From Spirogloea muscicola (taxonomy: Eukaryota), in the NCBI GenBank assembly GCA_009602725.1, contig WELB01000009.1, positions 1,194,957 to 1,254,087 of the forward strand: DNA of 59,131 nucleotides. Direction: 5' to 3'. Below the pieces are notes generated by a model. That model had not been told where the DNA came from, did not search any database, and saw only the letters and a list, made by a program, of their open reading frames with translations. The position numbers were made by a program, and so were the translations under genes. Shown in pieces: positions 25,001 to 39,699 of the stretch (position 1 is the first letter of the stretch; every line of letters starts with the position of its first letter).

Positions 25001-25447
25001 TAGAGCTAGCACACTAGATCTCAAGTCGAGCTTCTTTTCCGACCCCAGGTCGAGCCCCTCAATTTGGGCTGCCCGAGTGACGGTCTGTAGAAGCTCGAAG
25101 CTATCTAGTCCCTAAGGGGCAAAGCAGCGCAAATCACGCTCCTACAAACACCCATGACTGCTCTTAAGTAGACGGTGGTTGTGTAAGACCACCAACGTGG
25201 GTGAACGAAGTCCCGAGGCAAACCCAGCATGGAAGGACAGTATCACAGCAGGACAAGTGAGTGGCTACTTCCAATATAGCTTCAGTAGTCTTTCGTGATT
25301 CTGATCACGGGCCACAGATCAGATTAAGCAGCAGAGTCTCGCCCCTGCGGGTGTTGAAGAGACAGTGGAAAGTTGGGCGAGCCGCCGCCGCCGCCGCCGC
25401 CGTCTCCGCCGCTTCACTGCGCCGCCGCGACCGTCGGCGCCGCCAAG

Positions 25448-26330
25448 ATGGTGAGAGCCTGGCGCAGCCCGGCCCCGCCTTGCCCGGGGACGGCCGCGCC
25501 GTGCCCCTCTTGCGCCATGGCCTCCCGTGGCTGAGAGCTGGCCCGCCTGCGCCTGGCCCTGCCAGGTGTGCGTGGCCTGCCTGCTGCCCTTCTTCCTCTT
25601 CCCCCTCCTGAGCTACCTGCCCAAGATCGTCGACCTCGTTCTGGTGAGCGCCTGAGGAGCTCAGCATCCTCAGCATGCCTACTGCAGTAGTCAGTCCGAG
25701 CTGCAGGAGACGCTTGTAATCAGAGCAGGGTCGACGCCGCAGTGGGGTCAGGCTCCTGGTGGACGAGCAATAGTCTCATTGTTGGGCGCTAATATATACA
25801 CCTGGAAGTCAGCAAAGGATGTATATGCACTTGGGTCGAGCATGCCTAGAGGCTGGCCTCACCTTCCCAGCACCCATTCAGCCGTGCCATATTGCTTCAC
25901 TTTGTGCACCTTGCTGTCTCCACAATTCGTATTCTGTTCACTTGCAACTGACACTTCATCCTGCCAAAGCCTTGTGCCAGCAATCGTCCCAAGCTGACTG
26001 GAACTTACGTGCGCCAATTGGGCCTCCTTGCTTGATGGTTGCAGTCCAAGCTCTATCGCTTGGTAGGTAAGGAGTACAAGCCCCCCGTGCGGGAGCCTTT
26101 GGCGTGTCCATACAAGCCCGGCTCCCGGCCCGCCTCCAAGGTCACGCCTTACGGCAATACTGAGGTCAAGGATGAGGTGGACATTGCCTCTCAAAAGACA
26201 AGCTAGACAAACTGCTCACAATGGTTGCCTTCCAGTACGTGGCCACGGCAAACACAACCTGTAAATACTCGGTTTCAAGTGTTTTACTTATTGACAGGAG
26301 CAAGTAGGCAGGTCGTGTTGTGCAGTGTAA
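25448..26330 (+). CDS. Small membrane protein, UPF0729/C18orf32-like plant family
   Basis: ATG-only exon (25448-25450), then VCVACLLPFFLFPLLSYLPKIVDLVL (25566-25643), QRMYMHLG (25813-25834) and KEYKPPVREPLACPYKPGSRPASK (26067-26140). Matches the plant MVCxACLLPLF...EYRKP...ACPYKP family; the 3' end is uncertain. Confidence 0.7.
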
Positions 26331-26812
26331 CTGCCGTCAGGCATTGCAGCTGGATCGATGGGAGTAGATAGATAGTGAGGTCATCCCCAGAGAGCATTGA
26401 CAATAGCCGGCTTTACAATTCAAAATTGCTTACAAGGACAATGCGAAATGCATTATGTGCCTCGGACCTGCTCGTCCTCACACATACTGACCGTCATGTG
26501 CAATGCGCTGCTTGGCCTTGCATGCGTCACTCTTTGCAGTAGGAACATTGCTAGAACCAAGGGTAGCATATTGGGCCATTCCTGTGTTGGCAAGTGGTGG
26601 CTTGAAATATGCAGGGCACCTCTCACAGGTAAGGACAGGACGATCTGCATGTGAAGCAGCAGCCTGAATGCCTGCTTTGGTTGACTCACTTTTGCAGACT
26701 TGACTCTCACGGTCGCAATTGATTTTCAAGGGGGACTTCGCCCCGCCTTTTATGTACCTCCATAAGCATCTAACTCCTGAAAGCACCAATAATCCGACCT
26801 GGTGTTCGTGAT

Positions 26813-29727
26813 TCACATAGTCACTGCTTGACTTGCTTGTGGAGCTTCCAAGGCTTCAAGGATGCTGTCAACCCACCTGCATCCAGTGGAAAAGTAACGT
26901 GAGTCACTGGGTCACAAAGTGCCTGCGTGCTTCACCTCCTCGCCTGCATGACATTCCTCAGATTACAGGTCTACTGCAAGTAGGTCTGGTGCTGCATTTC
27001 CATCTGATTACAGCCGGATTGCCCAGACTACTAGCTGAGAAGGATGTTGTGCTGCAGAGACGAGGACTGTAAAGCTACCATGACAATGCTTGACGCGCTC
27101 CAGCTCAAGAATGTCAACTACATCTCACAAGAAGAAACTGCTGCTCTACTTTCCAGATTGCCAGCATAAGTTGCCCCAGATAGCCTCACCCGTCGATGCC
27201 AGGCTTGTCTGGGTAGAATATCCTCTTGAACCCGTACTTCCTTGCAGCTTCTGCTGATGTGCTTCCAATGCATGCTGCAGCTCCATCCCACTCTGAATCT
27301 TTCATGACAAGCTCCACCCACGCCCTGCATCCCATGGCGATGAAGAAGCTCCTAATCAGGCCTCCGCCGATGGGATGAGAGGCAGCTATCAACGACTCAA
27401 AACATGAACTACACACGATTGTTGAGACAACCAACATCACTTCTGGCAATTAAGCCTGAGAAGAAGGAAAGAGGGGTCCTACTTGACTGCTGTTGGAGAT
27501 GCAAATGCTGCAACTTTAGCTGACGCAGCTAGTCTCAAGGTGTCTCGATCAATTTGGTCATTGTTGGACTGCAAACTTGCACAGAAAGGATGAATTTTGA
27601 GCACAAACACATGACTCCCGAATGCGCAAGATGGCAACTGGCTGTGAGAGGAGAGATCTAAAGACGAGGAGGGCACAATACCATCCTGAGAGTACTAGAT
27701 GTGCCGAAGACATGCCTCAATGCCAAGCGTGACACTACGTGAGCATCAAGTCACCCTAAAGCCCGCCAGTGTACTTGCCTACCGTGGAGTATGTGTTGAG
27801 GCGAGTGACCTCAAAGCCCCTGGCTGTCAGGCCTTCCTCTGTGATACAATCACATGTTTATCATTGGACTACTGAATTGGACTACTCAAAGTAGCAAAAA
27901 GCATCGGCCCTCTGGATCCCTTCCAAGACATCAGCTAAAAGTGGACACAAGCTTCAGTAGCACCACAATTGCAATGAATCTTCAGTCTAGCTTGCATATG
28001 GGACAGGCACGTACTCTGTCATGAAGTGGGTGTCAGGAATTCTCAAGGTCTGTACCTATGTCGTTACTGGCTTTGACTGAAGCTGGATAAAGCACCCTCC
28101 CTGAGCCGTCTTGGGCTTTTGGAAGCTCCACAGCCAACGCCTTCCCAATAGCTGCAGAGCAAGCCACTCACCATCTGCTCAAGAAAATGGACTTGACAGA
28201 GGATGACTGTGACCTGCAAGCAACTCATGTCCAAGAGGACAAGGTCTTATCAAGCTCTATATGTAAATATACGTGCTTTGAGTAGCTTCTTCAAAGTTAG
28301 GAATAAGCAGTAAATCTCTGCTGATTCATGGAGTCTAGCAGGAACATGCGGTTAGCAAGGAAGGAGAGCGGCATATCTAGCACAATGAAGCCCTGGCCTG
28401 AAGATCCACGTAAGCTGCCGTAGCAACTGGAAATGGAATATGACACCCACATAGTTGTGGGCCGCTATCTTGAGGAATATCTACTGAAGATTTACGGTGA
28501 AGCTGTTCACGCAGTTGCAGTGAATGCTGTTGCTTTACCCTTGGTCGGAGTGAAGAGAACATTGAGAGACTGACTGTCTGCTCCGCTGTCTGCTCCTGCA
28601 TTGCATATGACTTCACCAGTTCCAGATCCCACAACAGCGAGCCTGACACTTGGTGACCCACCTTCCCTGCATAACAAAACACTCAATAATTTGATTTCGA
28701 CTTTTGCAATCGACAGCACAGCATCGAAGTAAATAAGTCATAATAGATGATAAGCTATCTGGTATGATACTACCACACCGTGCTTGACTAGTCTGACATG
28801 GACACCAGGACGAAGATGATACTTTCATCGTATCAATGGAAATACCTCCATCCATTGAGGAATACTGAAGCAGCCTCGGGAGAAGTTAGCACAATCCACT
28901 CAAACTCCACATCTGCTAAAACAGGCAGCAGCTTCTACCTCAGCTCTTATACAACATATCTATCATCACGGATGGCACTGAGGCAGCCATCACTTAGACA
29001 ATGTGGCCAGTTCACAAGATGCTGAGAGCTGAGGAGCAAAACTTACTGGACTACTTCAACGAGGTACAGAAGAATTGATCAGATACAAGACTTACTTACA
29101 AGCTTTGCCTTTCTTTTATCTGTACGGGCGCATGCACTTCCCAAAATGTCAATGCAGCCAATGGTAGTTAAGCATTATCTTTGCGGTGCAGACTTCACCT
29201 CTGAGGGTCTCCCCCAAGCGCTGCAGGTCGGGCCCTTCTGCGTGCTTGATCAGCGGGAGCTCTAGGCACTGGACTCCTTTGGCCGCCTGCGACACCAGCC
29301 ATGGCACGAAGACCCCTCACAGCTGCAACTAGCTTGCTTCGATGCTAATTCCAGCATCCGGCATCAGTAGTGACGGACGTCGAGTGCGCCGCCATGGTCG
29401 CAGAGGCAGCTCCAGCTGCTGGCCGCCGACAGTGGCACACACCAGTGCGCGGACGAGCTTGCCGTTCTTCCCGCTCTCCCGCGTCGCCACCACGAGCCGG
29501 TCCAGGTGCTGGACCCCCGCCGCCGACAGCTGCGGCGCCGCCGCCACCTCCGCCGCCGCCGCCAACAGCCGGGCTCGGCCTCCGGCTGCTGCCCCTCGCC
29601 GGCGCTCGCCGGGCCTCAATGCAGAAAGAATAAGCAACTATATAAGATTATTACACACGCAGCCGTTGCGACGTTGATGTCCAGCCTCACAGCTCGGAGC
29701 CATTTCCGCCCCCTGCCGCGACGCCAT
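26813..29727 (-). CDS. UROS: Uroporphyrinogen-III synthase (HemD/UROS), plastid tetrapyrrole pathway, about 10 exons
   Basis: [110 protein letters not shown]...stop at 26813. The start (ATG at 29727 or 29703) is inferred. Confidence 0.93.
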
Positions 29728-32700
29728 GGCTCGCGCAGCGGCGTGGCGCCTCGCCGCCGCGCTGGCCGCCGCGCTGCTCGCCGTCGCCGCCGCGGCGCAG
29801 GGTAGCAGGCCGCCTCGCCGTTACGACACAAGGGCCAGTCCAAAGCCCGGCAAGCTCAACGTGCATCTGGTGCCGCACTCGCACGACGACGTCGGCTGGC
29901 TCAAGACCGTCGACCAGTACTACGTCGGCTCCAACAACTCCATTCAGGTCTTGTCTGGAACCTCGCTCCGGCGATTGTGGCGGCTCTGTGGTGCTCGACT
30001 GCTGAATCTGTAATCATGCCCCCTCGTGTCCACAAGACAATCAAGAAGCTGCTCCAGCTACTCTGTGCTGATAATACTGAAAGTTGCTGAGGGCACATGT
30101 CTGCAATGTAAGTTGCCCCTCCCGATACTTCAGTGGCTGCTTCCAACGTATCAAGACTCCCATTGATTGCCATTAGCAGGTTGGTGGCAGTACATTCTAC
30201 ATTGGCCTCGCTTTGATTTCATGCGCACCGCGCGCCTTCTCTCTCTGAGCTGGTGGCATTCAAGTCTTGCAGATAGCATCTGTGCAATACATTTTGGACT
30301 CTGTGGTGGAAAAGCTGCTTGAAAACTCCGACCGGAAGTTCATCTACGTGGAACAGGTCAAGCAGTTGCCTACCTAGGGTCAGTACTGGTCGTCAAGTAG
30401 TGTAAAATTGCTGGAAGTTGTGCCCTTTACCAAAGTAAGGCACAGGCACCTTGCCAGCCCATTTGGGTGTAAACTGGAGCTTTTATTTGACATGAGCGTC
30501 AGTGTCCTGCACCCGGTATGAAATCAAGCATCCGGCTTGACAACCTATGTTTGATGCGGCAACTTCAAGTGGAATTCTGCTCTTGAGCTGCCGCTAGAGT
30601 TCAGGCTGACAGAGATTGGTGTCGCTTACTCAGGCATTCTTCCAAAGATGGTGGCGAGAACAGAGCAGGGAGCGTAAGAGAACGGTCAAAAAGCTCGTCA
30701 AAGCAGGCCAGCTGGAATTCATGTGCTCTTCTTGTCTTGCCCTTGCCCTTCCAGCCCTGGTCTGTAAGATTTATCAGCCGCACTGAGCAGCGAGGTCTTG
30801 CAACAATTGGGAGCCAATGCACATTGGAGTTGTAGAGTCGCCAAAGGAAGTACATGATCAAGGTCACCTGCTAATCATCCTGCTAATTAAAGTTCTTGAC
30901 TTTCTGCATCATGTCCTTACACCTGCTATGCTGTGCCAGAAACGGGGGATGGTGCATGCACGATGAAGCTGCAACGCACTATGTCGACATGATCGATCAG
31001 ACCACATTGGGACATCGATACATTCTAGACCAATTTGGAGATGACCACTTTCCACGGGTAGGTTGGCAGATTGATCCGTTTGGACACTCAGCTACACAAG
31101 CTTCGCTTCTATCAGCTGAGGTAAATTCTAAGCAGCAAATTTGTCCTGGAACGCGTATCATGGCGCAGTAGATCAGTGCTTCAGTGCTGTCTTCTACTTC
31201 TGCAGCTTGTTGTCTACACAAGTGCTCAGAGAGACAGTTAATTAAGAGTTGTGCAATGAAGCATCACTGAAGTGAATATGAAGTGTCCTTGTTAAGGTTC
31301 CTTGCCTTAAGAGTGCTGAAGCTTTTGCTATATCGCAGAGGTATGCTGTAAAGCTCAAACACAATGATCAACAGCTGTAGAAGACAGCAAAGAAGAACTA
31401 GTCCTTGTAGCTGGTAGGGGAGGAATCTTTCCATACTGATGGATGGCACTTCATTGCCATAGTAATCTATTGTGCTCTATCTATGTCAGGTTGGCTTTGA
31501 TGCACTCTTCTTTGCGCGTGCTGATTATGATGATATAAAGCGACGCCGCAAAGACCTGGAGATGGAGATGATCTGGAGAGGCTCCAAGTCTTTGGCTGAA
31601 AGTGCCCAGGTTGAGGCTCTTTCATAGTTGTGACCTTGGATCTTGCCCATATTGCTCATCCCATCATTGGACTGATGGTATTGACGTATATAATATGAAG
31701 TATGCAAGATTCACATTCTAGGATTGCAAATATCCAGCTGAATTGTTGGGGAACTTGCTTTCTGTCTTGATGAACAATATTTGACTGACAACACAACCAT
31801 GATGTGGTTGCTTGCTTCCTTGTAGACACTGTTCACTTTGAACTTCTGATGTGCTTGCTTGCTTGCTTGTGTACACTGCTCAACCTAGCTTTGTGTTGCA
31901 GATTTTTGCCGGTTTACTCGGTCATCATTATGACCCACCAGAGGGCTTCAGATATGAGACCAAGTCTCAAGACCCTCCCATTCAGGTGAGCTTGGCTTAA
32001 GCGACGGTTCGTGAGACGTTGGCAGGTCCCTACCTTGTCGATTTATACGTGACAGTCCAAGTGGTGACAATTTTGACATTGCTAAGCATTGTGGCAGATC
32101 TGTGGCAGGATGACCCCCTGCTTTTTGATGATAACGTTGAAGAGAGAGTAAATGCCTTCGTGGAGGCTGCTAAGGAGCAGGTGCAAGCCATCAAAGCACA
32201 TGCAATCTTAATGCACTAAATAGATGTCCTGCATGGCAAGCAGTGAGTGGCCAGCCTTGTGTCGCTTGTGTGTTTGTGTGTTACCATAAGGATGCCCTTG
32301 CAGCTCAGTTAATCATCAGCAGGAAGGGCACTGATTATATGCTAGTAGTGGGTTGGCTGACTGCTACTTGAGCTTTCAGAGTTCACAATTTCGAACAAAC
32401 CACATCATGTGGACCATGGGGGAAGACTTTTCCTACAGCAATGCCAATACTTGGTACAAGAATATGGACAAGCTCATTCATTATGTGAACAGGGTAAGGA
32501 TGGGTCTAGACCCCCATTTTAAGATGCAGAACTTTAGATGGGGGCAGTGCAGCTTAAGTATTCTACCACTTATTTGTGCAACCTTTCTCCTGATGGTAGC
32601 ATGCAATGGATGTATCATACTCGTTTGCAGGATGGCAGAGTCAATGCCATGTACTCAACCCCTTCGATATACATTGATGCGAAACACTCTGCCAACGAAA

Positions 32701-35700
32701 CATGGCCCCTGAAACACAATGACTTTTTTCCGTGAGTTGCTCCTGGTCAATTTACTGACTGCTGGGCAAAGGCTCACATCTATCATCTTTTATCATGATG
32801 ATTGAATGTGAGCATGGCTTCAGTAGCAGCTATATTCAACTAAAGGGCTGCAGGACTTGTAGCACAATCAGCATCTGACAAACATTCCATGTCAGTTATT
32901 CTGCTGTGACACTTTCCTTGCCACAGTTATGCAGATTGCCCAAACTGTTATTGGACTGGCTACTTTACAAGTCGCCCTGCATTTAAAGGCTACGTGCGCA
33001 AACTCAGTGGTTACCTACAGGTCAATTTCAGAGCCTGCTGGTGGTGTCTGCATGTGTCCTTCCCATTTTTCGTCCACCTTGTATGAAGGCTGTGCAGCTA
33101 AACAGCAAGCATCACATGGAGCTCCTAGATAGTTTTCAGGCTACCCAAGCTCTGCTAACATTGACTCCTGCCACCGATGTCATATGACCAGGCTGCGAGG
33201 CAGCTAGAGGCGGCTATGGGAAGGAGTACAGAGACCAGATTAACAAAGTTCAATGACAGTGGGCCTCCAACAACCGACCTTCTAGAGGAAGCCTTAGCAA
33301 TCTCACAACATCACGATGCCGTCAGTGGCACGGAGCGCCAACATGTGGCAGATGATTATGCAAAACGCCTGCACATGGGAGCTGTAAAGGTAAGATATGC
33401 TGTACTTTACTAACCACTTTCAAGGAGAATGCAGGCAACCTAGCCACTCCATTGCACTCTCTGTACTTAGCAAATCTTAGTAAGTCAGAAGACTTGGCAC
33501 ATTATTGTGTCCCGTGTACTGCTGTCACAGCGATTCTTTGTAGTGGGTCATGAAGGATGTTGCCATGTGTGAGGCACCGAGATGTTATTTTCTGCAAGCA
33601 TGTTCTCTTACTGCGGCTGCCACTGGCAAGCAGATCCTCTATGAAGCTAAGAGGAGCTCTGATCTTTCAGGCTGAGCAAGTTGTAAGTGCTGCACTGGAA
33701 GAGTTGACTTCTCTTCAATCAGCAAGCAGGAGGGCTGCGGCAGTCGATCCTGCAATGAGGAGGACTATGCTTGCTGATGAGGAGGATGTCTTAATGGAGG
33801 ATACCATGCACAAAGCACCTTTCTTTCAGCAGGTGATGATTACCTCTGTCAGCTTACATAAGCTTTGCATGTATTTCAACATCATAGTATTGCAGCAAGG
33901 ATGCTTGTGTGATGTACATAACTGTGATCCTTAGACGCAGATGAGTAGATGACATGCTGGTAGACTCAGTGGATCTTTTGAAGTACAGGAGGTGTGACAT
34001 TGGCTCAAACTTGCTTTTGAATATTCTGCAGTGTGATCTCCTCAACATAAGCTACTGTCCTGTTACAGAAAAAGAACTTCGTCACGATGACAGTCTGGTG
34101 CGTGGCCACACATACACCTTATCAGCTCAAACCTGGCATGCTACCTATTATAGTGTGACATCCTCAGTATGAGTTGTTCCTGACAGAACAGAATGTCACA
34201 ATGACAGTCTTTCTTAGCTATGCATGCCTTGCATGCAATGTCAAGCCTAAGAATCAGGATTGGTACCATAGTTGTTATCCGTGTTGTTGAGCAACCGCAG
34301 AAAGGGCATGATACTTTGCTAGCAGTGTGCATATCATCTTCTGATTCTTGCCTGTCACCAAAGGTCCATGGCTGCTGTGAACATTGCTGTTGCTTGTTGC
34401 TCATGATGTACTTGGAGCCTCTGACCAGTACAACTTGTGCAGGTACTTGTTGCTTACAATCCCCTAGGTTGGCATCGCAAGGAGCTCATCAAAATCCCCG
34501 TAAGTGGTCTCTTTTTCTGTGAGCATGCAATCCTCTATGTGCATCTTCCATAACATGAAGAGCATATGGAAGATGGAAGATGGAAGATGGAATATCAAGC
34601 TTATCTAGCACAAAGGGCTCTTATTATGTAGGAGATGAAGTAGGTTGATGTCAGTATATTTTGTGCTGCCATGCTTAAGGATGTATACCTGAACAGCTGT
34701 ACTGCTGAACCATATTGCTCCTGATGTGGACTCTTCCATGTCAGAGCCACGGGGATCATCGTTGATGTGGAGTTCTGATTTTGCAGGTCAGCTCAAGCAG
34801 TCTCGTAGTGACCGATAAAGACGGCAACACTGTGCCAGCTCAGCTTGTACCCTTAAGTCATGCAACCAAGCGCCTCCGCAAGATATATGCTAGCTTGACA
34901 AAGGACAGAAGCAAAAATGACGCATTATACACACTCATTTTCTATGCTGAGGTCCTCCCTTTGGGCTATTCAACATACTATGTCACAGCACTTGAAAATG
35001 GCACTGCTGCCAATACAGCAGGTATATGTCAAGGACAACATTAGGACAACTATCTATAAGGCCAGCTTTACTGGGTGTGCTCTTACAAGGTTCAATGAGA
35101 GACAATGCAGCCATTTGTCCTTTAAATTAGCTTTTGCCACCATCTCTTGAGTGCAAAGGTCACCTAATGACATTGATTCACATACTTGCTCAGCTTTACC
35201 TGCAGTAAGCATGACAGTATCTACAGATGTTAGACTATGCAGGCTGAATATGAGTTTCACAACGGGCAGTCAATTCTGCCAGAGTTCTGATTTTATTATT
35301 ACCTTTCTATTCTCAGGGAGGGCAGTAATGGCAGAGGAAGGTGCATCTGGGATGAATTCACAGGAAGCTACTGCCAACGTAGCTCAACTGCTAATGACTC
35401 AGAAGAGTACCAGGTTGAGCCATTCAAAGGCCGCCAAGGTGAAGCCTGGCTTTCCTTCAGACAACCACCTGACATTACACTCTGGTGCATTTTGGTTCTT
35501 CTAGCAGCTGAAGTTGACCTCATGCTCTGCTCATTTCTAGATCCGTTCCCCACAAGATACTGTGGACAAACACAGCGGCAAATTGCTGTCCTGCCAGCAG
35601 ACTGTGTTCAATTTTAATTGCTCAGCTGCAGTTTCAAGTGCAGGAGCTCACCTAGTAATTGAGCTCGTCCGTAGGACAAGCAGCAGTGTGCTACACTAAT

Positions 35701-38700
35701 CTGTTCTCTATTGTCAATCGGCTCATTGTGACTTGCTTAATTAGTTTGTCTCCTCAGGATGCTCTGGAAGTGGCTGTATCATTCCACTGGTACAATGCTA
35801 GTGATGGGAATACTGAGGAGAATCGTTACCAGGTGTGTTGCACGGCCTATGTGTGGATATGACAGTCTGGTTGCCTTCTGGTCTGCATGACACGTTTGCC
35901 TTGATTGCATGACATGCCTCCACGGCATCCATCAGTGTTAGTTACACAAGCTGGACCTTGATAGACTCTGTGCCAGCCCAAGATAGATTCCATGACACAT
36001 GACATATGATGGCAGGCCTCAGGAGCATACATCTTCCGGCCCAATTCATCAACAGCTTTTGACATCTGGAAATTTGATCAGCTTGTGAGGATCACGTCAT
36101 TTGTCAAAATGTCAAATGCAATGCATGATGGCTTGATCTACCTGCAGAAATCGCTTGATTTTTCTAGAGGACCCTAAACACAAGGTGCTGGAGTTGTTTT
36201 TAGGCATAGGATCTGGCCTGTTGCAATCTTCAGGTGCATCAGGTTGACTCATTTCCATGACTGTGTACTTGTGTCGATTGCAAGATTGGTCAACGCATTT
36301 ATAGGGGCCCTGTCGCAGAAGAGTGGCATCAGTGGTTCTCACCTTGGCTGTCCCAGGTATTTGCACACCCTCGTGTTGCACTTATCCCAGCCTGCTAAGG
36401 TTCTGAGAGCCAAAGAATTTTTGAGAGTAGATGAAGCTTATGCACTCTGCACAAGCACATTGCCTAAATTAAATACAACTAGGCATGCCTTCTACATCCG
36501 GCGACATTGTTTCTGTCAGCAATGAATGAGAGCTGCAACAAGCCAATGTTAGCAGGCTCAGCGTCAGTGCTTCCAGTGTGGACCCTATGTCCTCTTATGA
36601 GTGCTTGATTTAGCTTGTAGTGCTGCCTATGTGCAGGTTGTTAGAGTGCACAAGGGAGAGGATCATGCCGAGGTAGAATACACGGTATGGTGTTGTCATC
36701 TCGTCGAGCTGCACATGATGTCAAATTGGTTCATACACATTGGTGATACACAAATTGCTATTGTTTATGCATGTGTGCCTCTTGGTGGGCATACTTCAGC
36801 AGTTCTGAAGTTAACCTGCAGAGGAGCAACTAGGCATGTTGCTCGAATACTTGTGGCGTGGTCACCTTCCTCGCCAGGCTGCTGGGCAGCTGTGCGAAAT
36901 GGGTTGCTGCATTGCTTTCATGTCTTTGACATTATCGTTCTGAAAGTTACGGAGGCATGTCGGCCAGGTTGGCCCAATTCCAATTGATGACAACCTGGGA
37001 AAGGAGGTCATTACACGGTTGACGACAAATATGGACACTGGGAATGTCTTCTACACTGACTCCAACGGTCGGGACTACATCAAGCGAGTAAGTATAGCTA
37101 TCTGTGCATGGATATCAGCAAGTTTGCCTTGTTCTGAAGGCTTGTGCGTTGTATTGCTCCCAGTGATCCTCGGGACATGTCGACCACATTGTTATCAATA
37201 TACATCTGCAAGGCTTCTTGAGAAGGGCTTCACTGTGCTACTTTGACTGAAAGTTCATGATGCAGGGGCCACTCAAGACTGTCCAGTATAGCAGATGCTG
37301 AAATTGGTTCTCCTCTTCTTGTTAATGTGTGCTGAGCATGCTGGCAATAATAGGTACTGAATTACCGTGAGGATTGGGAGCTGAATGTGACGCAGCCTGT
37401 TGCTGGAAATTACTACCCGGTAAGCCCATATGATGTCAATGATAGAATATGGCAAACTTAAGTAGTGCCTTAGAAGCCAGTAGCCCCGCAAAGCACAAGT
37501 GGCCTGGTGTCCTCATTCATCCTGTATGATGCTGCAAAGCAGGTGAATGCAGGCATGTACATTTCTGATACACACAAGGACCTGGAGTTGTCGATCCTGA
37601 CTGATCGCTCTTTGGGAGGAACTAGCCTGAAAGACGGTCAGCTTGAGCTCATGCTCCATAGGTGAGAACCTTGCTCTATGAATTGGCTACCTGTCTGAGC
37701 TGGCTGTGTGATGCGCAAGTATAAGTAACTTCTGGTAGCATGTGTCAGAAGGACTTCTATGGATGTCGTGAGCTAAGCCCTTTTCAGTGAAGAGGATTGA
37801 GTTCAACTGTTATCATACCAGGCGGCTCCTTTATGATGATCACCGTGGCGTTGGGGAGAGCCTCAATGAGACCACTTGCACCGAGGATCCTCCAGTCTGT
37901 GAGGGGCTTATGGTATGTAAGTCATGCTCCAGAACTTTTTGCCAGTCGTATGACAGGAGCAAGCTGCCTAACCACTTACAGCAGGTTAAGCATGCAAGTC
38001 TTGAAGCATGTTGTGAGCATCTGCCCTTGACTGAGTTGTGTCTGTGCAGGTCCGAGGAGTATTCTATGTGCATGCAGGTCAGCAGGCCGATGCATCTGTG
38101 TGGCGCCGCCAATTTGCACAGAGACTCTACTCACCACTTCTTCTTGCCTTCACAAGACATGTGAGAAGACAAACCTTTTTGCTCCAAGAATGTAGACAAG
38201 CTTGGGGATTGCCATCAAGAGGTACTTTAATTTTGGAGATTCATACATGCCAACATGTGCATGCGGCCTTGTCAGCAAGCTGGAGATGAGGGGTCCCTAC
38301 CCTTCTCCTGGGATGTGTTTTCTAGCTCCCGATCAGTCTTTGGCTCTGCAAACTTTGAGCTTCCAAAGAATGTAGCTATTCTTACGCTACAGGTGCACAA
38401 AGCTCCCATTCCTGCTGCAGCCGCGCATGGCATCTATTCAAATAAGAGTAGTTGCTGTTAGCTCCTGGATGCATTGAGCAGATGTTTGTGAGAAGCATCT
38501 TCTTGCATTTGCAATTGTTTGCAATATCTAGAGTGAGCAGCAACAATTGTAATCTTCCTTCTCGTCATTTGTGTCTGGACTTTGCAGGAGGTGAAGGAGA
38601 AAGTTGTTCTCCTGCGCTTGGCTCATCTCTTTGAGGTCTCACTCAGACCGCGCAATATGCTCTCTAAGCACTATCTAAATAAATAAGGCATAATATAATA

Positions 38701-39338
38701 AGGCAACAATCATGCCAAGTGTGTCCAAGTCTGTTGGCCTGCAGTCAGCACAAGCAGTTTACGCAAGCTCAAATTTCTCCATACACGCATATGTATATAG
38801 CCTTAACAGCCACCTCGTGGTGTTGCAGGTTGATGAGAGCGAAGAGCTTTCGCGATTGGCCAACGTGGACATTGCTGAAGTATTTGCCAGTAGCCAGGTC
38901 AGTCACCAGCTCTTCAACCACTTGTCAGTAGGTGACAGACACAGGTGGTGCTTCTTATTTGTTAACCTTGTCAACTTCTATATTGGGGCTGCTGTTAAGA
39001 TTCTTTTAAAAAGACCTCCTGCAGTAGAGTATGTGTTGCTCTATGTATCTTTGCTGTATCTTTGCTATGTATTTTCGTGTGCTGCTCAGGTGCAAATGGT
39101 CGAGGAGCTCAATCTGACAGGGAGACGGAAAAAGGAAGGCAGGAAGCCCCTCCGCTGGCGAGTGGAAGAGGACACGCGCGGCGGCGGCAGCGGTGAGGCT
39201 GCGGCTGCCGCACGGAAACCCTTACGAGGCCGGCCACTTGAGGAAGTTGACAATGGGGCAAGGGGGAAGTTTGTGGTTGAGCTCGGCCCGATGGAGATTC
39301 GCACTTTCTATGTCCACTTTGCTTCACCCAAAAACTGA
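29726..39338 (+). CDS. Alpha-mannosidase, glycoside hydrolase family 38 (vacuolar/lysosomal type), with signal peptide, many small exons
   Basis: [117 protein letters not shown]; hydrophobic N-terminus. Confidence 0.96.
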
Positions 39339-39699
39339 CCTGAGAAAGTCATGGCTGAGAAAGTCATGGCAGCAGCTGAGTTTGCAATAAAATAATTCTT
39401 CAGCTGGTCGGCCAGCAGAACTGGGAGCAGCCTGCTATGGTAGATACAATCATGGTAGAGAATTAAGCAAGCTGTGCAGGCAGCCAGTCGCGTATTGAGA
39501 CTCCTCAGATGGCTAGTCTGGAAAGAGCAGTAAATTTGACTGCAGCCTCAATCCCATTGGTTGTCCATACGCTGCTTGCTCGCCTTGTCACTGGACATTT
39601 GCTTGCAGTGGCTGCACAACTGCTGTGCAGACTGGAGTCGGCCGCCTCGACTTTTCGAGCGAACCAGGCCGTGCCCCTGCAGTGTCTACGATAGGCGTC

